Below, piece by piece: positions 54,315 to 64,000 of a stretch of 64,000 bases of DNA. Numbering within the stretch: position 1 is the first letter of the stretch; each line of letters opens with the position of its first letter. The position numbers and the translations under genes were made by a program. Source of the stretch: a bacterium (GTDB taxonomy: Bacteria; UBP6; UBA1177; JAKLFG01); NCBI GenBank assembly GCA_022709425.1, contig JAKLIW010000003.1:102293-166292 (forward strand). The letters are read 5' to 3'. The notes beneath the pieces are model-generated. The model did no database searches. It saw nothing but the letters and a program-made list of their open reading frames with translations, and was not told where the DNA came from.

Positions 54315-56525
54315 ATGCGGAAATTCATGTTAGCGATCATTCTGTTTCTGTTCGCCTCTTACGCCGGTGTCGCCTTTGCCGCGCCCGGAGACGAGCGGTG
54401 GATCAGCATGAACCCCGAATTGGCGGGGACCAACGGACCGGTCACCGTCATGAAACGCGCCGGGGGGTATCTCTATGTCGCCGGGAGTTTCACGGTGGTC
54501 AGAGATGTCTTGGCGCGGAATATCGCGCGGCTGCATCTGCCGACCGATGTGTGGGAACCGCTGGGCACCGGCTTCTCCGCGGTCCGCGATATTGCTGTCG
54601 CAGATGATGGCACGATCTATCTGTATGCCGTCTCCGATGAGGGGATGACGGGTATTTTCCACGGGAAGGATGGCCTCTACGAACTCATCGGGACGGTGAC
54701 GGAGGAGGCGGTGGTCAATTCGATGGGAACCGACGGCACCGGGAATCTGTATGTTTCGGGCGATCTCAGTGCGGTGAACGATACCCCGGTCAGGGGGATG
54801 GCCCGGTGGGACGGTGTTTCATGGGAGGATATCGGCGATGCCAGAGCCATGCCCGAAAATGGGTTTTGGCTTGTTGTCGATGTCGCGGGGGGGCTGTACC
54901 GCTATGATCGCTGGGCCCTTTGCGAACGCCGGGCCGGCGCCGTATGGGAGGATATCGCCCCGGCGGACGTCGGCAACTATCCTGCTGTGCTGGCGCTCGA
55001 CGCCACGGGGGATCTGTATGCGCAAGTGTTGCATCTGCCCGGCGACGGCACACCCGGATATGTTCAGGTGTATCGCTGGGAAGGGGGCAATCAATGGACT
55101 TCTTTCTGCGATGGTCTTTCGGGGCTCTATGACGATATGTTGTTCGACCCGGACGGACGGCTCTTTCTCCGATCGGCCGAGGAACAGCAGATAAGCGTCT
55201 GCGGAGAGGGCTCGCTGACCCTGCTCCGGAATTTTGGAGCCGCTGTCCATGCCATGGCGGTCGGTGATGACGGCGATTTCTATGCGGCGGGAGCATTCCC
55301 CGGCTACCTGTTGCGCCGCGAAGGCGGTTCGTGGGGACCGGTCGGCGATGGTATGTTGAGCGCCCTTTCCGGCATGATAACGGATGCACAGGGGACGCTT
55401 CACCTCAGCGGCTCGTTCTCCGCGACTGATGCCTGTCTGGCGCGGTACGACGACGGGTTAGCCGCCCCGTTCGGTAACGATACCGCCGGCTGTGGGCTGT
55501 TGGGCTTCGACACGCAGGATCGCCTGATCGTCAGCGGCTGGTGGGAAATGCCGCGGAGAAGCGTCAGTTGGGTCACGCATGTTCGGCGATGGGATGGCGC
55601 GTGGACGACACTTGGGGAGAACGGTTTTGGAGATGGCGCATACGGATTTGCGAATGTCGCTGTTTGGGATGCGACGGGCGATCTCTATGTCGCCGGAACT
55701 TTCGAGTTCTTCGGCGACGCGGTGAATAACATCGCTCGTCTGGACGGCACGACATGGGCTCCTTTGGGTGCGGGGACCAATGAGGAGGTGCTGGCACTGG
55801 CGGCTGGTATCGATGGCGGTATCTACGCGGGCGGCCTGTTCACCACGGCGGGAGATATGAATGCGGCGCATGTGGCCCATTGGGACGGCACGTCGTGGCA
55901 TTCGCTCGGTGCCGGAACCGACGGAACGGTCAACTCCCTCGCGGTCGGCCCGACCGGCATGCTCTATGCGGGCGGCGATTTCACCGTGGCGGGCGATAAG
56001 GCCGCGTCGCACATCGCACGGTGGGACGGAACGGCGTGGCACCGGCTCGGTAGCGGCATGAACGGGACGGTCTCTAAGATAGTGGTCGATGGGGCCGGGC
56101 GGCTGTATGCGGCGGGCGATTTCACCGAAGCGGGCGGGGTGGCGGTCAACCATCTGGCGCGCTGGGACGGGACGGTGTGGCACCCGCTCGGAAGCGGCGC
56201 GGACGACACCGTGAAGTATCTGGCGGCGGGGAAAAGCGATACGCTCTATGCCGGCGGTGAATTCACCAGTGTCGGCGGCAAGTCCAGTTTCTATCTTGCC
56301 GCTTACTCTACGGAGAACGAAGAGTCGGTTTCCGGGGAGGAGGTGTTGGACGACGAGTTCATCCCTGACGATGATGCATTGATAGGGGACGAAAGTGACG
56401 AAAATGATCTGGTGGATGAGGAAGAAATAGGGGACTCGCCGTTCACAGCTCACGACTCACTTGTCGCGGATGCCGACACCGCCACGCCCAACGACCACGG
56501 CTGCGGCTGTTCGATGGTGTTCTAA
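54315..56525 (+). CDS. Secreted protein with ~10 delta-60-like beta-propeller repeats (ARWDGT.WH.LG.G.NG.V..L.V...G.LYAGG.FT.AG) and an acidic C-terminal tail ending GCGCSMVF
   Basis: Signal peptide MRKFMLAIILFLFASYAGVAFA. Tandem ~55-aa repeats. A D/E-rich tail. Confidence 0.6.
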   Translation: MRKFMLAIILFLFASYAGVAFAAPGDERWISMNPELAGTNGPVTVMKRAGGYLYVAGSFTVVRDVLARNIARLHLPTDVWEPLGTGFSAVRDIAVADDGTIYLYAVSDEGMTGIFHGKDGLYELIGTVTEEAVVNSMGTDGTGNLYVSGDLSAVNDTPVRGMARWDGVSWEDIGDARAMPENGFWLVVDVAGGLYRYDRWALCERRAGAVWEDIAPADVGNYPAVLALDATGDLYAQVLHLPGDGTPGYVQVYRWEGGNQWTSFCDGLSGLYDDMLFDPDGRLFLRSAEEQQISVCGEGSLTLLRNFGAAVHAMAVGDDGDFYAAGAFPGYLLRREGGSWGPVGDGMLSALSGMITDAQGTLHLSGSFSATDACLARYDDGLAAPFGNDTAGCGLLGFDTQDRLIVSGWWEMPRRSVSWVTHVRRWDGAWTTLGENGFGDGAYGFANVAVWDATGDLYVAGTFEFFGDAVNNIARLDGTTWAPLGAGTNEEVLALAAGIDGGIYAGGLFTTAGDMNAAHVAHWDGTSWHSLGAGTDGTVNSLAVGPTGMLYAGGDFTVAGDKAASHIARWDGTAWHRLGSGMNGTVSKIVVDGAGRLYAAGDFTEAGGVAVNHLARWDGTVWHPLGSGADDTVKYLAAGKSDTLYAGGEFTSVGGKSSFYLAAYSTENEESVSGEEVLDDEFIPDDDALIGDESDENDLVDEEEIGDSPFTAHDSLVADADTATPNDHGCGCSMVF

Positions 56526-56614
56526 CGCGGTGCGGCCTCTTTTTTATTGACATCGATATACCTTTTCCGTACCTTGTGACACAGCATATTTTCTTTTTCC
56601 AATAGGAGGATGCG

Positions 56615-57373
56615 ATGAACATCGAGAGAAAAGAACGCGTTCAGATGACCGGATTCCTCGCCAATGTGAAGGTCGACGGCATCTACAACACCTTCCCGCT
56701 GGTCGACATTAATGAAGAAGGGATCGCCATTCATGTACCGGTCCAGCTCCAGATGAAAGAGGGCGATCAGTTCGAGATCCGCTACGATATCATCGACGAG
56801 AAGTACGGTGGGTTCGACACCAAGGTCAACTATCTGGTTAAGAAGGACGGCATCGCCGGCACCGGAATCGTCATGCGCGTCATCCCGATCAACAGCAAGA
56901 CCAAACTCATCGGCCTCAAGATGGACTATATATCCGACGAGGCGAAAGAGGCCAAGGAGAAGGTCAAAAAGGCCCGCGACATCATAAAGAAGCTTGCCGA
57001 TTCGCCCAAATCGTATGTCGAGTTCGGCTTTCAGGTCGAAGAGCAGGCGCGCGATCCGCGGCTTCGCGGCTATCCCACCTTCGAGGGGGTGGTCACCACC
57101 GACGACAATATGCTCAAGTTCCTCGTCGATGCCGAGTACGAATACCTCTTCCTCGAGAACGACTACGTCTCCATCAAGTTCCCCATCAAGGCCAACGAGA
57201 AGGATTTCTTCACCGTGCAGGGCCACCTCAAGCAGAACCAGATATTCAACATGTACAAGAACCTCATCACCGTCGAACTCGACCTGTGGGACAAGAACGA
57301 TCAGGAACTCCTGAAGCGGGAACTTGCCCGCCACAACATCGAGAATGAAGACATCCTCCGTTTCCCCCGGTAA
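56615..57373 (+). CDS. Hypothetical protein, possibly PilZ-like
   Basis: An N-terminal ERKER..(n)..DINEEG pattern loosely fits the PilZ RxxxR / DxSxxG motif. This is weak. Confidence 0.3.
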   Translation: MNIERKERVQMTGFLANVKVDGIYNTFPLVDINEEGIAIHVPVQLQMKEGDQFEIRYDIIDEKYGGFDTKVNYLVKKDGIAGTGIVMRVIPINSKTKLIGLKMDYISDEAKEAKEKVKKARDIIKKLADSPKSYVEFGFQVEEQARDPRLRGYPTFEGVVTTDDNMLKFLVDAEYEYLFLENDYVSIKFPIKANEKDFFTVQGHLKQNQIFNMYKNLITVELDLWDKNDQELLKRELARHNIENEDILRFPR

Positions 57374-57436
57374 TCGATCTTTTCGATACGTTCTCTTTTT
57401 TTACCGCCATACATCGGATATGACCGAGGAGACTCT

Positions 57437-58684
57437 ATGATGAAACCGACGGGCATGCTGATCGGTTGCCTTTTGTTCATCGCACTTTCCTGTTCGACGG
57501 CCGAGGAGTCTCCGGTGGATGAAAGCGGTGTGATCGACAACGCGGTGCCCGCCGATGCCGATGCTGTTGTCAGCGATGCAAGCGATCCGACGCCGGATGG
57601 TGGCGACGAAGCGGTCGACGAAACGCCCGATGAGAGCTCCGATGAGGTCGTCGATGAACCGGTGACCGACGAAACGCCGGATGAGGTCGAAATCGATCCG
57701 GATGACGACGGCGTCATCGATCCGGGCGACGGCTGGCTCCACACCGATGGGAACCGCATTCGTGACCATGCCGGCGCAGTGTGGCAGGGGCACGGCGCCA
57801 ATATCCACGATACCCGTTCCTGCTGGTCCTGCGCGTGGAACGAACCCGACCCCGGCGAGGTGATGCGCCGCATCGACACGCTGGTCGATGATTGGGGCGC
57901 CGATTTCCTGCGGCTCGATCTGGAAAGCTACGCCGAACCCTCCGACGAATACATGATCCAGTGGCAAGGGGTGCTGGACGACGAAGAATATCTGGCCGAT
58001 ATCGTGGAGATCGTCGATCATATCGGCACCAAGCCGGGGGTCTATGTGCTCGTTTCCCTGTGGGTCGAACCGACGGTGACCGATCTGGGCTGGCCCACGG
58101 CCGCCACCAACGAGGTCTGGAAGAAACTCGCCGAAACCTTCGCCTTTGCTCCGCACGTCCTCTACGGCATCATCAATGAGCCGGAGAGCAACTACGATGG
58201 ATCACGCGATGCGGAGGTCTGGCAGGCGATGAACGATGCCGTGGGGGCGATCCGCGCGGTGGAGGAGGAGCTCGGCGCGCCGCATCATATCGTCGCCGTT
58301 CAGGGGACGGGCGGCTGGTCGCGGTTCCTGCAGTATTATATCGATCATCCGATAACGGCGGGCAATAGCGAGAACATCGCCTACGAAGTGCATGTCTACG
58401 ATCCGCAGTCGACCTTCGGCGACCGTTTCGTGACGCCGTCGGCGACCCTGCCGGTCATCATCGGCGAATTCGGTCCGGTGGCCGAGGCGGACATGACCGA
58501 GGCCGACTGTTCGGCGCTCATCGCGCAGGCCGCCGCGCACGAGGTGCCGTGGCTCGCGTGGACCTTCCACAGCAACTGTCCGCCCAATCTGCTCGAAGCG
58601 ACCGAAAGCGGTTGCGGGGTAGGGATGGAGTTGCGGCCGACCTCATGGGGCGAATTGATCAAGACTGCCTTGGCGTCGGATTAG
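57437..58684 (+). CDS. Secreted glycoside hydrolase family 5 (cellulase-like) enzyme with an acidic N-terminal linker
   Basis: Signal/lipobox. GH5 acid/base block IINEPES (NEP). Nucleophile block IIGEFG. Conserved aromatic clusters. Confidence 0.7.
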   Translation: MMKPTGMLIGCLLFIALSCSTAEESPVDESGVIDNAVPADADAVVSDASDPTPDGGDEAVDETPDESSDEVVDEPVTDETPDEVEIDPDDDGVIDPGDGWLHTDGNRIRDHAGAVWQGHGANIHDTRSCWSCAWNEPDPGEVMRRIDTLVDDWGADFLRLDLESYAEPSDEYMIQWQGVLDDEEYLADIVEIVDHIGTKPGVYVLVSLWVEPTVTDLGWPTAATNEVWKKLAETFAFAPHVLYGIINEPESNYDGSRDAEVWQAMNDAVGAIRAVEEELGAPHHIVAVQGTGGWSRFLQYYIDHPITAGNSENIAYEVHVYDPQSTFGDRFVTPSATLPVIIGEFGPVAEADMTEADCSALIAQAAAHEVPWLAWTFHSNCPPNLLEATESGCGVGMELRPTSWGELIKTALASD

Positions 58685-58705
58685 AACGGGAAGGACTTCG
58701 CGTTA

Positions 58706-60208
58706 TCACTCCACGAAGAATACGCCGCGCAGGTCCTCGGTGGTGGAGATCGGGCCGCCCTTGCGATAGGAGACCGCTTTCCACTGATAGTACATCCCCG
58801 TTTCGAGCGCCGGCCCTTCGTAGGGTACCTCGACATTCTCCGCGCCGCTCACCCCGCCGTCCATCTGTTTTTCCCAGACCAGATCGCCGTAGATATTGTA
58901 GACCTTGAGGTTGTAGGCATCCTCGCTCGAATCGTCGGCCCATTTGAAGGTCGGGGTGCCGGTGACCGCTTCGGGTGCCTCCGCGCCGGGCGAGACCATG
59001 GCAAGCGCCTCGGTTATCTTGAAGCTCTCAAGTTCAACGGTAAGGGTCGCCGCCGCTATCTCAAAGTGGACGATCTGCGTTCCGGCGATGTTCGGGTCGG
59101 GGTCGCGCACGAGGCCGTCGTTCTCGTAGGCGGCCAGCACCACATACTTTCCTTCCGGTATCCCCGTTATCTCGAAGGCGCCGTTGATGTTGGGTACGGT
59201 GGGCGGTTCGGGGGCGCGCAGACCGGGGCCGACCACGCCGGTCACCAGCGTTTCGTGAAAGGTCGATTCGGGGATGAGTACCACCGATGTCGCCGAGCCG
59301 CCGGGGGCGTTGACGATATTGACCGAACCGCTCACGGTGCCGCCGGCGAACTCCTTGATCGTCAGGGTGATGTGGTCTATGGCGACCGCTCCCATTTCAA
59401 TAGCCTTTTTCTCGACATAAAGCCCTTTTTTATAGGCTGCCAGCGTATAGTTCCCCGGCGCGACATTGAAGATGACGAAGTTGCCGCGCTTATCGGTATA
59501 GTTGTAGGGACAAGGAGGCGTGGCGCATTCGGCGACGATAAGAGCACCGCCGATATCGCTGGAGAGCGATCCGGCGAGCGCGGCGCGGCCCTTTTCATCA
59601 TCCTTGACCGGCAGGAGGCCGATATCGGTCAGTTTCGAAGAGAATTCCCACGCGCTGGAGGGGAGGTCGGCCGTTTCGGGGTCGAACTGGGTGAGTGTCA
59701 CCGGCAGGGCGGGACGCATGAGCGAGGGATAGGGGATATGGTCGTAGGCCGATGCATAGAGGGTATAGATGTCGCCGGTCGCCGGGTCGCCGTGGCTGTT
59801 GCGGGTGACCCGTATCTCAAGTGACCATGAACCGTCGGCCGCCGTCGTCACCACATCGGTCGCGATGCCGTCCTTGGTGTTCTGCGCCATGACCAGCGCG
59901 TTCTCCAGTGCCGCGTCGGAGGCGAGGTCGAAGACTTTGCCTTTCAGATAGACCTTGGTCACGCAGGCGGTGCGATTCCCCTGATCGGTTATCTGTTCGC
60001 AGACGTAGCCCTCTTCACAGGCGTCGGCGGCAAGCGGATCGCAGGCGTCGGTGCAGTAGTAGTCGCCCTTCACGCGGTCGAAGAGGCAGACGCCGTCGTC
60101 TGCGCATTTGAGTTCGGCCGGGTCGCAGGTCCCCGCGGTGTCCTTTTTCTCCTCGGCGCAGGCAAGACAGAGCAGAACCGCGAACACGGAAAACATACTG
60201 TTTCTCAT
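58706..60208 (-). CDS. Secreted Cys-rich protein with carboxypeptidase-regulatory-like/Ig-like beta-sandwich domains, hypothetical
   Basis: Signal peptide MRNSMFSVFAVLLCLACA. The N-terminus contains many Cys. Confidence 0.5.
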   Translation of the reverse strand: MRNSMFSVFAVLLCLACAEEKKDTAGTCDPAELKCADDGVCLFDRVKGDYYCTDACDPLAADACEEGYVCEQITDQGNRTACVTKVYLKGKVFDLASDAALENALVMAQNTKDGIATDVVTTAADGSWSLEIRVTRNSHGDPATGDIYTLYASAYDHIPYPSLMRPALPVTLTQFDPETADLPSSAWEFSSKLTDIGLLPVKDDEKGRAALAGSLSSDIGGALIVAECATPPCPYNYTDKRGNFVIFNVAPGNYTLAAYKKGLYVEKKAIEMGAVAIDHITLTIKEFAGGTVSGSVNIVNAPGGSATSVVLIPESTFHETLVTGVVGPGLRAPEPPTVPNINGAFEITGIPEGKYVVLAAYENDGLVRDPDPNIAGTQIVHFEIAAATLTVELESFKITEALAMVSPGAEAPEAVTGTPTFKWADDSSEDAYNLKVYNIYGDLVWEKQMDGGVSGAENVEVPYEGPALETGMYYQWKAVSYRKGGPISTTEDLRGVFFVE

Positions 60209-60294
60209 CTATTTCCTCCCACAGTATAGAATACACCTACAAAGCGCTCCCATTATAGCGCTTCCTCCTGCAATGTCACGGAATAGTTTGAGTT

Positions 60295-61365
60295 TCAGGC
60301 GTGCGGTTCGCGGCGTTCGGCGACCCATTCTTTGAGGGGGTTTCTGATGAAGCGCGGCGCCGTGGCCAGTTCGCGGGATGCGCGGCAGCCGGTCAGGAGC
60401 GTCGCGGCGCGCAGACCGTGCAGGAGCGAGCCGATATAGTTGCGCGCCCCTTCGAGTCCGCCGGCATAGTAGGCGCGCAGGACCGGACTGGCCGCTCCGA
60501 CGAGCGTTGCCCCCAGCGCCAGCGCCCGTGCCGCGTCGATGCCGGTGCGGATGCCGCCCGATGCGATGACCTCAAGGCCGAGTCCGCCGGTTTCGCAGAC
60601 GGCGGCGGCGGTGGGTATGCCCCAATCCCAGAAGGCGGTCGCCTGCGGGTCCTTGTCACGGTGAGAGCGCAGTATCTCGACGCCGATCCAGCTCGTGCCG
60701 CCGGCGCCGGCGATATCGAGATGCCGCACCCCGGCGTCGCGGAGGCGCAGCGCCGTTTCGCGGCTTATCCCCGCGCCGGTCTCCTTAACGATGAGCGGTA
60801 TGTCGAGTTCATGGGTCAGTTGTTCTATGGCCGTGAGGATCCCCTTAAAACTGCGGTCGCCTTCCGGTTGTAGTATCTCCTGCGCCGGATTGAGGTGGAT
60901 GCATAGAGCGCTCGCCCCGATGCGGTCGGCGAGCCGGCATATCTCCGAGACCGGATAGCGGGTCGCCTGTACGCCGCCGATGTTCCCGGCGATAAAGGCG
61001 GTCGGCGCTACTTCACGCACTGCGTAGGTCGTGGTCAGATCGTCGTCCTGCAGCATCGCCCGCTGGGAGCCGAGCCCGAACCCGATGCCGAACTCTTCGG
61101 CGATGCGCGCGAGCGTCCGGTTTATCGTCGCCGCTTCGGGTGTGCCGCCGGTGATGCCGGTGATGAAGAAAGGGGCGCGGAAATGGTGTCCCGCGAAGGA
61201 GGTGGAGAGATCTATTTCGTCGAGCGCCGTTTCGGGAAGCGCGCAGTGGATGAATTGTACGCATTCCAGCAGAGTCGTGGTCCAGCGCGAATCGATCGGT
61301 GCCGCGCGGAAAAGTTCCAGATGGTCCTTCTTGCGTTTGACCGTCACGCTCTTGTTGTCGTACAT
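60295..61365 (-). CDS. fni: Type 2 isopentenyl-diphosphate delta-isomerase (FMN-dependent, IDI-2)
   Basis: 356 aa. N-terminal KKDHLELF....FIHCALPE..LDEIDLSTSF.G..F.APFFITGITGG. TIM-barrel FMN sites (ASGGIRTG). Confidence 0.85.
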   Translation of the reverse strand: MYDNKSVTVKRKKDHLELFRAAPIDSRWTTTLLECVQFIHCALPETALDEIDLSTSFAGHHFRAPFFITGITGGTPEAATINRTLARIAEEFGIGFGLGSQRAMLQDDDLTTTYAVREVAPTAFIAGNIGGVQATRYPVSEICRLADRIGASALCIHLNPAQEILQPEGDRSFKGILTAIEQLTHELDIPLIVKETGAGISRETALRLRDAGVRHLDIAGAGGTSWIGVEILRSHRDKDPQATAFWDWGIPTAAAVCETGGLGLEVIASGGIRTGIDAARALALGATLVGAASPVLRAYYAGGLEGARNYIGSLLHGLRAATLLTGCRASRELATAPRFIRNPLKEWVAERREPHA

Positions 61366-61530
61366 GCCGGTGTCTCCTCCGTATGGTCGTCAATCCGCCG
61401 TCGTGCGATTACGGCGCACACCGCGTGCGCCGCCGCACCGCCGAGAGCCCGAAAAGGGCGTCGGGAGGCTGCGGCCGGGGACGTTAAGAGCAACAAGCGT
61501 GCCGGAGGATCGAGTGGACGAAAAGAGGCG

Positions 61531-62955
61531 TTATTGTTCTTCGGAAGGTTCGTTGAGACCGTATTTTTCGATGCGGCGCAGGAGTTGGAAACGGCTGATG
61601 CCGAGGATGTCGGCCGCCGCCGATTTCACCCCCTTGGTCCGTCGCAGGGCGCTCACGATCATCTTCTTCTCGAGCGATTCGAGCGTGTCGACCCCCGGGA
61701 TGAAGTCGACCGGGACGCCGATGGTCTCGGCGCCAGCCACATTCGGGACCGCCGGGACGCGCATCATCCGTTCGGGGAGGTGTTGAGGGCCGATGGGTTC
61801 GTTCCCCGCCAGCACCAGCGCCCGCTCGAGGATGTTCTTGAGCTCGCGCACATTGCCGGGGTAACTGTAATTCTGCAGTATCTCTTCGACCTCGCGGGCG
61901 GGCGGCGCGACGGGTCGCTGGAGCTTCTGCGAGATGAATTCGATGAAATGGCGGGCGAGCGGCAGGATGTCCTCGCGTCGTTCGCGCAGCGGCGGTATCG
62001 CGATGGGGAATACCGAAAGGCGTTGATAGAGATCGAAACGGAATTTTCCTTCTTTGACCAGTTCGCCCAGATCGCGGTGGGTGGCCGCGACGATGCGCGC
62101 CTTGAGGGGGTACTGCTGTACCGAACCGACCCGCTGGAACTTGCGGCTTTCAAGTAGACGCAACAACTTCCCCTGTAGATCGAGGTTCATGTCGCCGATC
62201 TCGTCGAGGAATACCGTGCCATTTCCCGCCTTGGAGAAAGCGCCGTCGGTCGCTTTGTCGGCGCCGGTGAAGGCGCCCTTTTCATGACCGAACAGGATGC
62301 TTTCCACCAGCGTCGCGGGGAGCGCCACGCAGTCGACCGGGATGAAGGGGCTTCCCTCGGGGGCCGCCATGCGGTGCAGATGGAGCGCCGCCACCTCCTT
62401 GCCGACGCCCGATTCACCGGTGATGAGGACCGTGGTGTCGGGGCTTTTGGCGACCTTCTCGATGGCCGCCACGGCCCGTTGTATCGCCGCTGAGCGGCCG
62501 ATGAGCCCGCTGCGGTTATGTTCTTCCCAGCCGCCGTCCGCGCCGTGGGCCGAAAGACGATCACGCACCTCTTTGACCTTCTCGAGGAGCGGCTTCATGG
62601 AGGTCTGCTTGACCAGATAGTCCTCGGCCCCCTGCCGTATGGCCGCCACGGCGTTGGGTATCGTTTCGAACGCGGTCATCATCACCAGCGTCGCACCGAC
62701 CTGCCGCGACAGGAGCATCGGGATGATCCGGATGCCGTCATCGTCGGGCAGTTTGTGATCGAGCAGGAACAGGTGGTAGGTGTTGGTCGCGGCGAGCCGC
62801 AGGGCATCGGCGGCGGTGTAGGCCAGATCGCACAGGATGCCGAGCCGTTCTATCTCGCGGCCGACCGCCTGACAGAAAAGTTGTTCGTCGTCGACCACCA
62901 GCACGCGGAATTCGACGCCGTTCTCTTTCGGGGTGCCTTTGCCTTTTTCGTTCAT
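61531..62955 (-). CDS. Sigma-54-dependent response regulator (NtrC family: REC + AAA+ + HTH)
   Basis: REC VLVVDDE...D. AAA+ GESGVGKEVAA, GAFTGA and ESELFGHEKGAFTGA. C-terminal Fis-type HTH. 4-nt overlap with the upstream kinase gene. Confidence 0.9.
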   Translation of the reverse strand: MNEKGKGTPKENGVEFRVLVVDDEQLFCQAVGREIERLGILCDLAYTAADALRLAATNTYHLFLLDHKLPDDDGIRIIPMLLSRQVGATLVMMTAFETIPNAVAAIRQGAEDYLVKQTSMKPLLEKVKEVRDRLSAHGADGGWEEHNRSGLIGRSAAIQRAVAAIEKVAKSPDTTVLITGESGVGKEVAALHLHRMAAPEGSPFIPVDCVALPATLVESILFGHEKGAFTGADKATDGAFSKAGNGTVFLDEIGDMNLDLQGKLLRLLESRKFQRVGSVQQYPLKARIVAATHRDLGELVKEGKFRFDLYQRLSVFPIAIPPLRERREDILPLARHFIEFISQKLQRPVAPPAREVEEILQNYSYPGNVRELKNILERALVLAGNEPIGPQHLPERMMRVPAVPNVAGAETIGVPVDFIPGVDTLESLEKKMIVSALRRTKGVKSAAADILGISRFQLLRRIEKYGLNEPSEEQ

Positions 62956-63965
62956 GGGGAAGACCTCCGTGGCAGGGAAACGGTGGCGCGGCAGCCCCCT
63001 TCGGGCCTGTTCTCGAGCGCGATGGTGCCGCCGTGAGCCTCTATTATCTTCTTACAGACGGTCAGGCCAAGCCCGGTCCCGTTCTTTTTGGTGGTGAAGA
63101 AGGGGGCGAAGATGTCGCCGGCGTCGGCGGGAAGACCCGGCCCCTCGTCGTCGACCGTGACCACGATGCGGTCCTCCTCCTGCGCGGCGCGACAGACGAC
63201 CGCCGCCTGCGGAGGACTGATCTCGATGGCGTTGAGGATGAGGTTGAAGAAGACGTGTTTCATACCCTCGTAATCGGTCACCGCCCACAGTTCCGGAGGC
63301 AATTCGGCCTCGATGCGCTTGCCGCCGATCTTCTGCATCCCCGACAGGAGTTCGCGCACCTCGGCGATCGCTTCGCTGAGATTGATCCGTGTGACGGTGG
63401 CGTTCTGGCGCACCGCGAGCGAGAGATAGTCCTTGAGTATCATGTCGAGCCGCACGATCTCCTTGGCGAGCATCGTGAAGAGCGCTTCGTCCCTCTGGCC
63501 GATGCGGTCCTTGGCGAGCGATTCGAGCGTCGCGCCGATGGCGAGGATGGGGTTGCGTATCTCGTGGGCCAGTTGCGCCGCCATCTCGCCCATGCTGGCG
63601 AGTCGTTCCTGTCGGTGAGTCTCGTCGCGTCCGATGGGCCGTTTCTCTGAACCGCGCCGCAGGAGCATCATGAACCCGACCACGTGCGATTTTTCGTCGG
63701 CGAGCAGGAGCGCCTCTATCGTGCAGGGGATCTGTTCGCCGCTTTTGGTCAGGACCGCCGCCGCCTCTTCGTAACGGCCGTCGGAGAAGAAAAGGAACTG
63801 GTGGTTGAGTATCGTGTGGATGTTCTGGGTCGGCGGGAAGAGGATGCCGATATCGCGTCCGATCAGTTCCTTGTCGGCATACCCGAGCAGACTCGATGTC
63901 GTTTCGTTGCAGGAGGTGATGCGGAAGTCGGGATCGAGCAGGAGGGTCGGGGCCGATTCGCCCAT
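62952..63965 (-). CDS. PAS-domain sensor histidine kinase (HisKA + HATPase_c). The N-terminus may extend beyond the window edge.
   Basis: H-box LAHEIRNPI. N/G boxes. GTGLGLTVCKKIIEAHGG. An upstream PAS-like segment. Confidence 0.8.
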   Translation of the reverse strand: MGESAPTLLLDPDFRITSCNETTSSLLGYADKELIGRDIGILFPPTQNIHTILNHQFLFFSDGRYEEAAAVLTKSGEQIPCTIEALLLADEKSHVVGFMMLLRRGSEKRPIGRDETHRQERLASMGEMAAQLAHEIRNPILAIGATLESLAKDRIGQRDEALFTMLAKEIVRLDMILKDYLSLAVRQNATVTRINLSEAIAEVRELLSGMQKIGGKRIEAELPPELWAVTDYEGMKHVFFNLILNAIEISPPQAAVVCRAAQEEDRIVVTVDDEGPGLPADAGDIFAPFFTTKKNGTGLGLTVCKKIIEAHGGTIALENRPEGGCRATVSLPRRSSP

Positions 63966-64000
63966 CGCGATCTGGAGCAGTTGGTTCTGGACGGCGTTCT

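Noticed and set aside
56526-56560. Possible terminator after 54315..56525 (gcggtgcggcctc + ttttttatt)
   Set aside because: The stem is weak or imperfect, with only partial complementarity. The T-tract is present, but a stable hairpin is not convincing.
1-64000. CRISPR arrays, tRNA and rRNA genes
   Set aside because: I scanned for regularly spaced direct repeats and for tRNA-like cloverleaf candidates and found none. The only short-period repeats are the IS21 terminal sub-repeats and the cassette repeats described above.

Overview
This is a high-GC (about 60-65%) bacterial window with several lower-GC islands. Its gene content points to an anaerobic deltaproteobacterial-type genome (Desulfobacterota or Myxococcota-like): hydGEF, sigma-54/NtrC, delta-60-like repeats, and lipoproteins with acidic linkers. 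Layout: (i) 245-2347, a secreted beta-propeller lipoprotein. (ii) 2.4-14.6 kb, an accessory/defence island. It holds an XRE regulator, a six-gene minus-strand operon headed by a WYL (BrxR/CapW-like) regulator with an AT-rich unknown cargo gene and small proteins, an AAA+ ATPase operon, two paralogous unknown proteins, and a run of solitary nuclease-like genes (PD-(D/E)xK, DUF1643, Mrr-like, HNH). (iii) 14.7-31.5 kb, a translationally coupled six-gene operon that I regard as a candidate novel defence system. It has two tandem HSDR_N-fused N6A methyltransferases whose nuclease motifs are degenerate (the second also has an NPWF motif IV), an HsdS-like two-TRD specificity subunit, a 1384-aa NERD + pseudokinase + Ser/Thr kinase + P-loop protein reminiscent of PglW of Pgl/BREX type 2, a 558-aa unknown protein, and an 1820-aa giant with an internal PD-(D/E)xK-like motif and a C-terminal HerA/FtsK-like ATPase. 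A small ASCH (PUA-like) protein follows. (iv) 32.0-41.7 kb holds two giant lower-GC secreted proteins (547 aa and 1689 aa, TSP3 repeats plus beta-propeller) and an IS21-family element (istA/istB). The IS multi-repeat terminus recurs as a solo inverted end at 32045, so it may delimit a roughly 9.7 kb unit. The IS truncates a quinone-oxidoreductase-like gene. (v) 41.7-45.4 kb, a cassette-like array delimited by three copies of a roughly 95-bp repeat. It carries a SAM-MTase, a nucleotidyltransferase/HTH pair, and a low-GC two-domain DUF1566 secreted protein. (vi) 45.4-64 kb, core metabolism: hydG, hydE, hydF, an OFA-family MFS transporter, a MobA-FdhD fusion, a porin-like OMP, a rubrerythrin-like protein, secreted repeat/GH5 proteins, type-2 IPP isomerase, and an NtrC-type response regulator with its histidine kinase. 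No rRNA, tRNA or CRISPR array was recognised. Note that my manual position indexing disagreed by 1 nt in places with the ORF-track coordinates; the features follow the ORF track.
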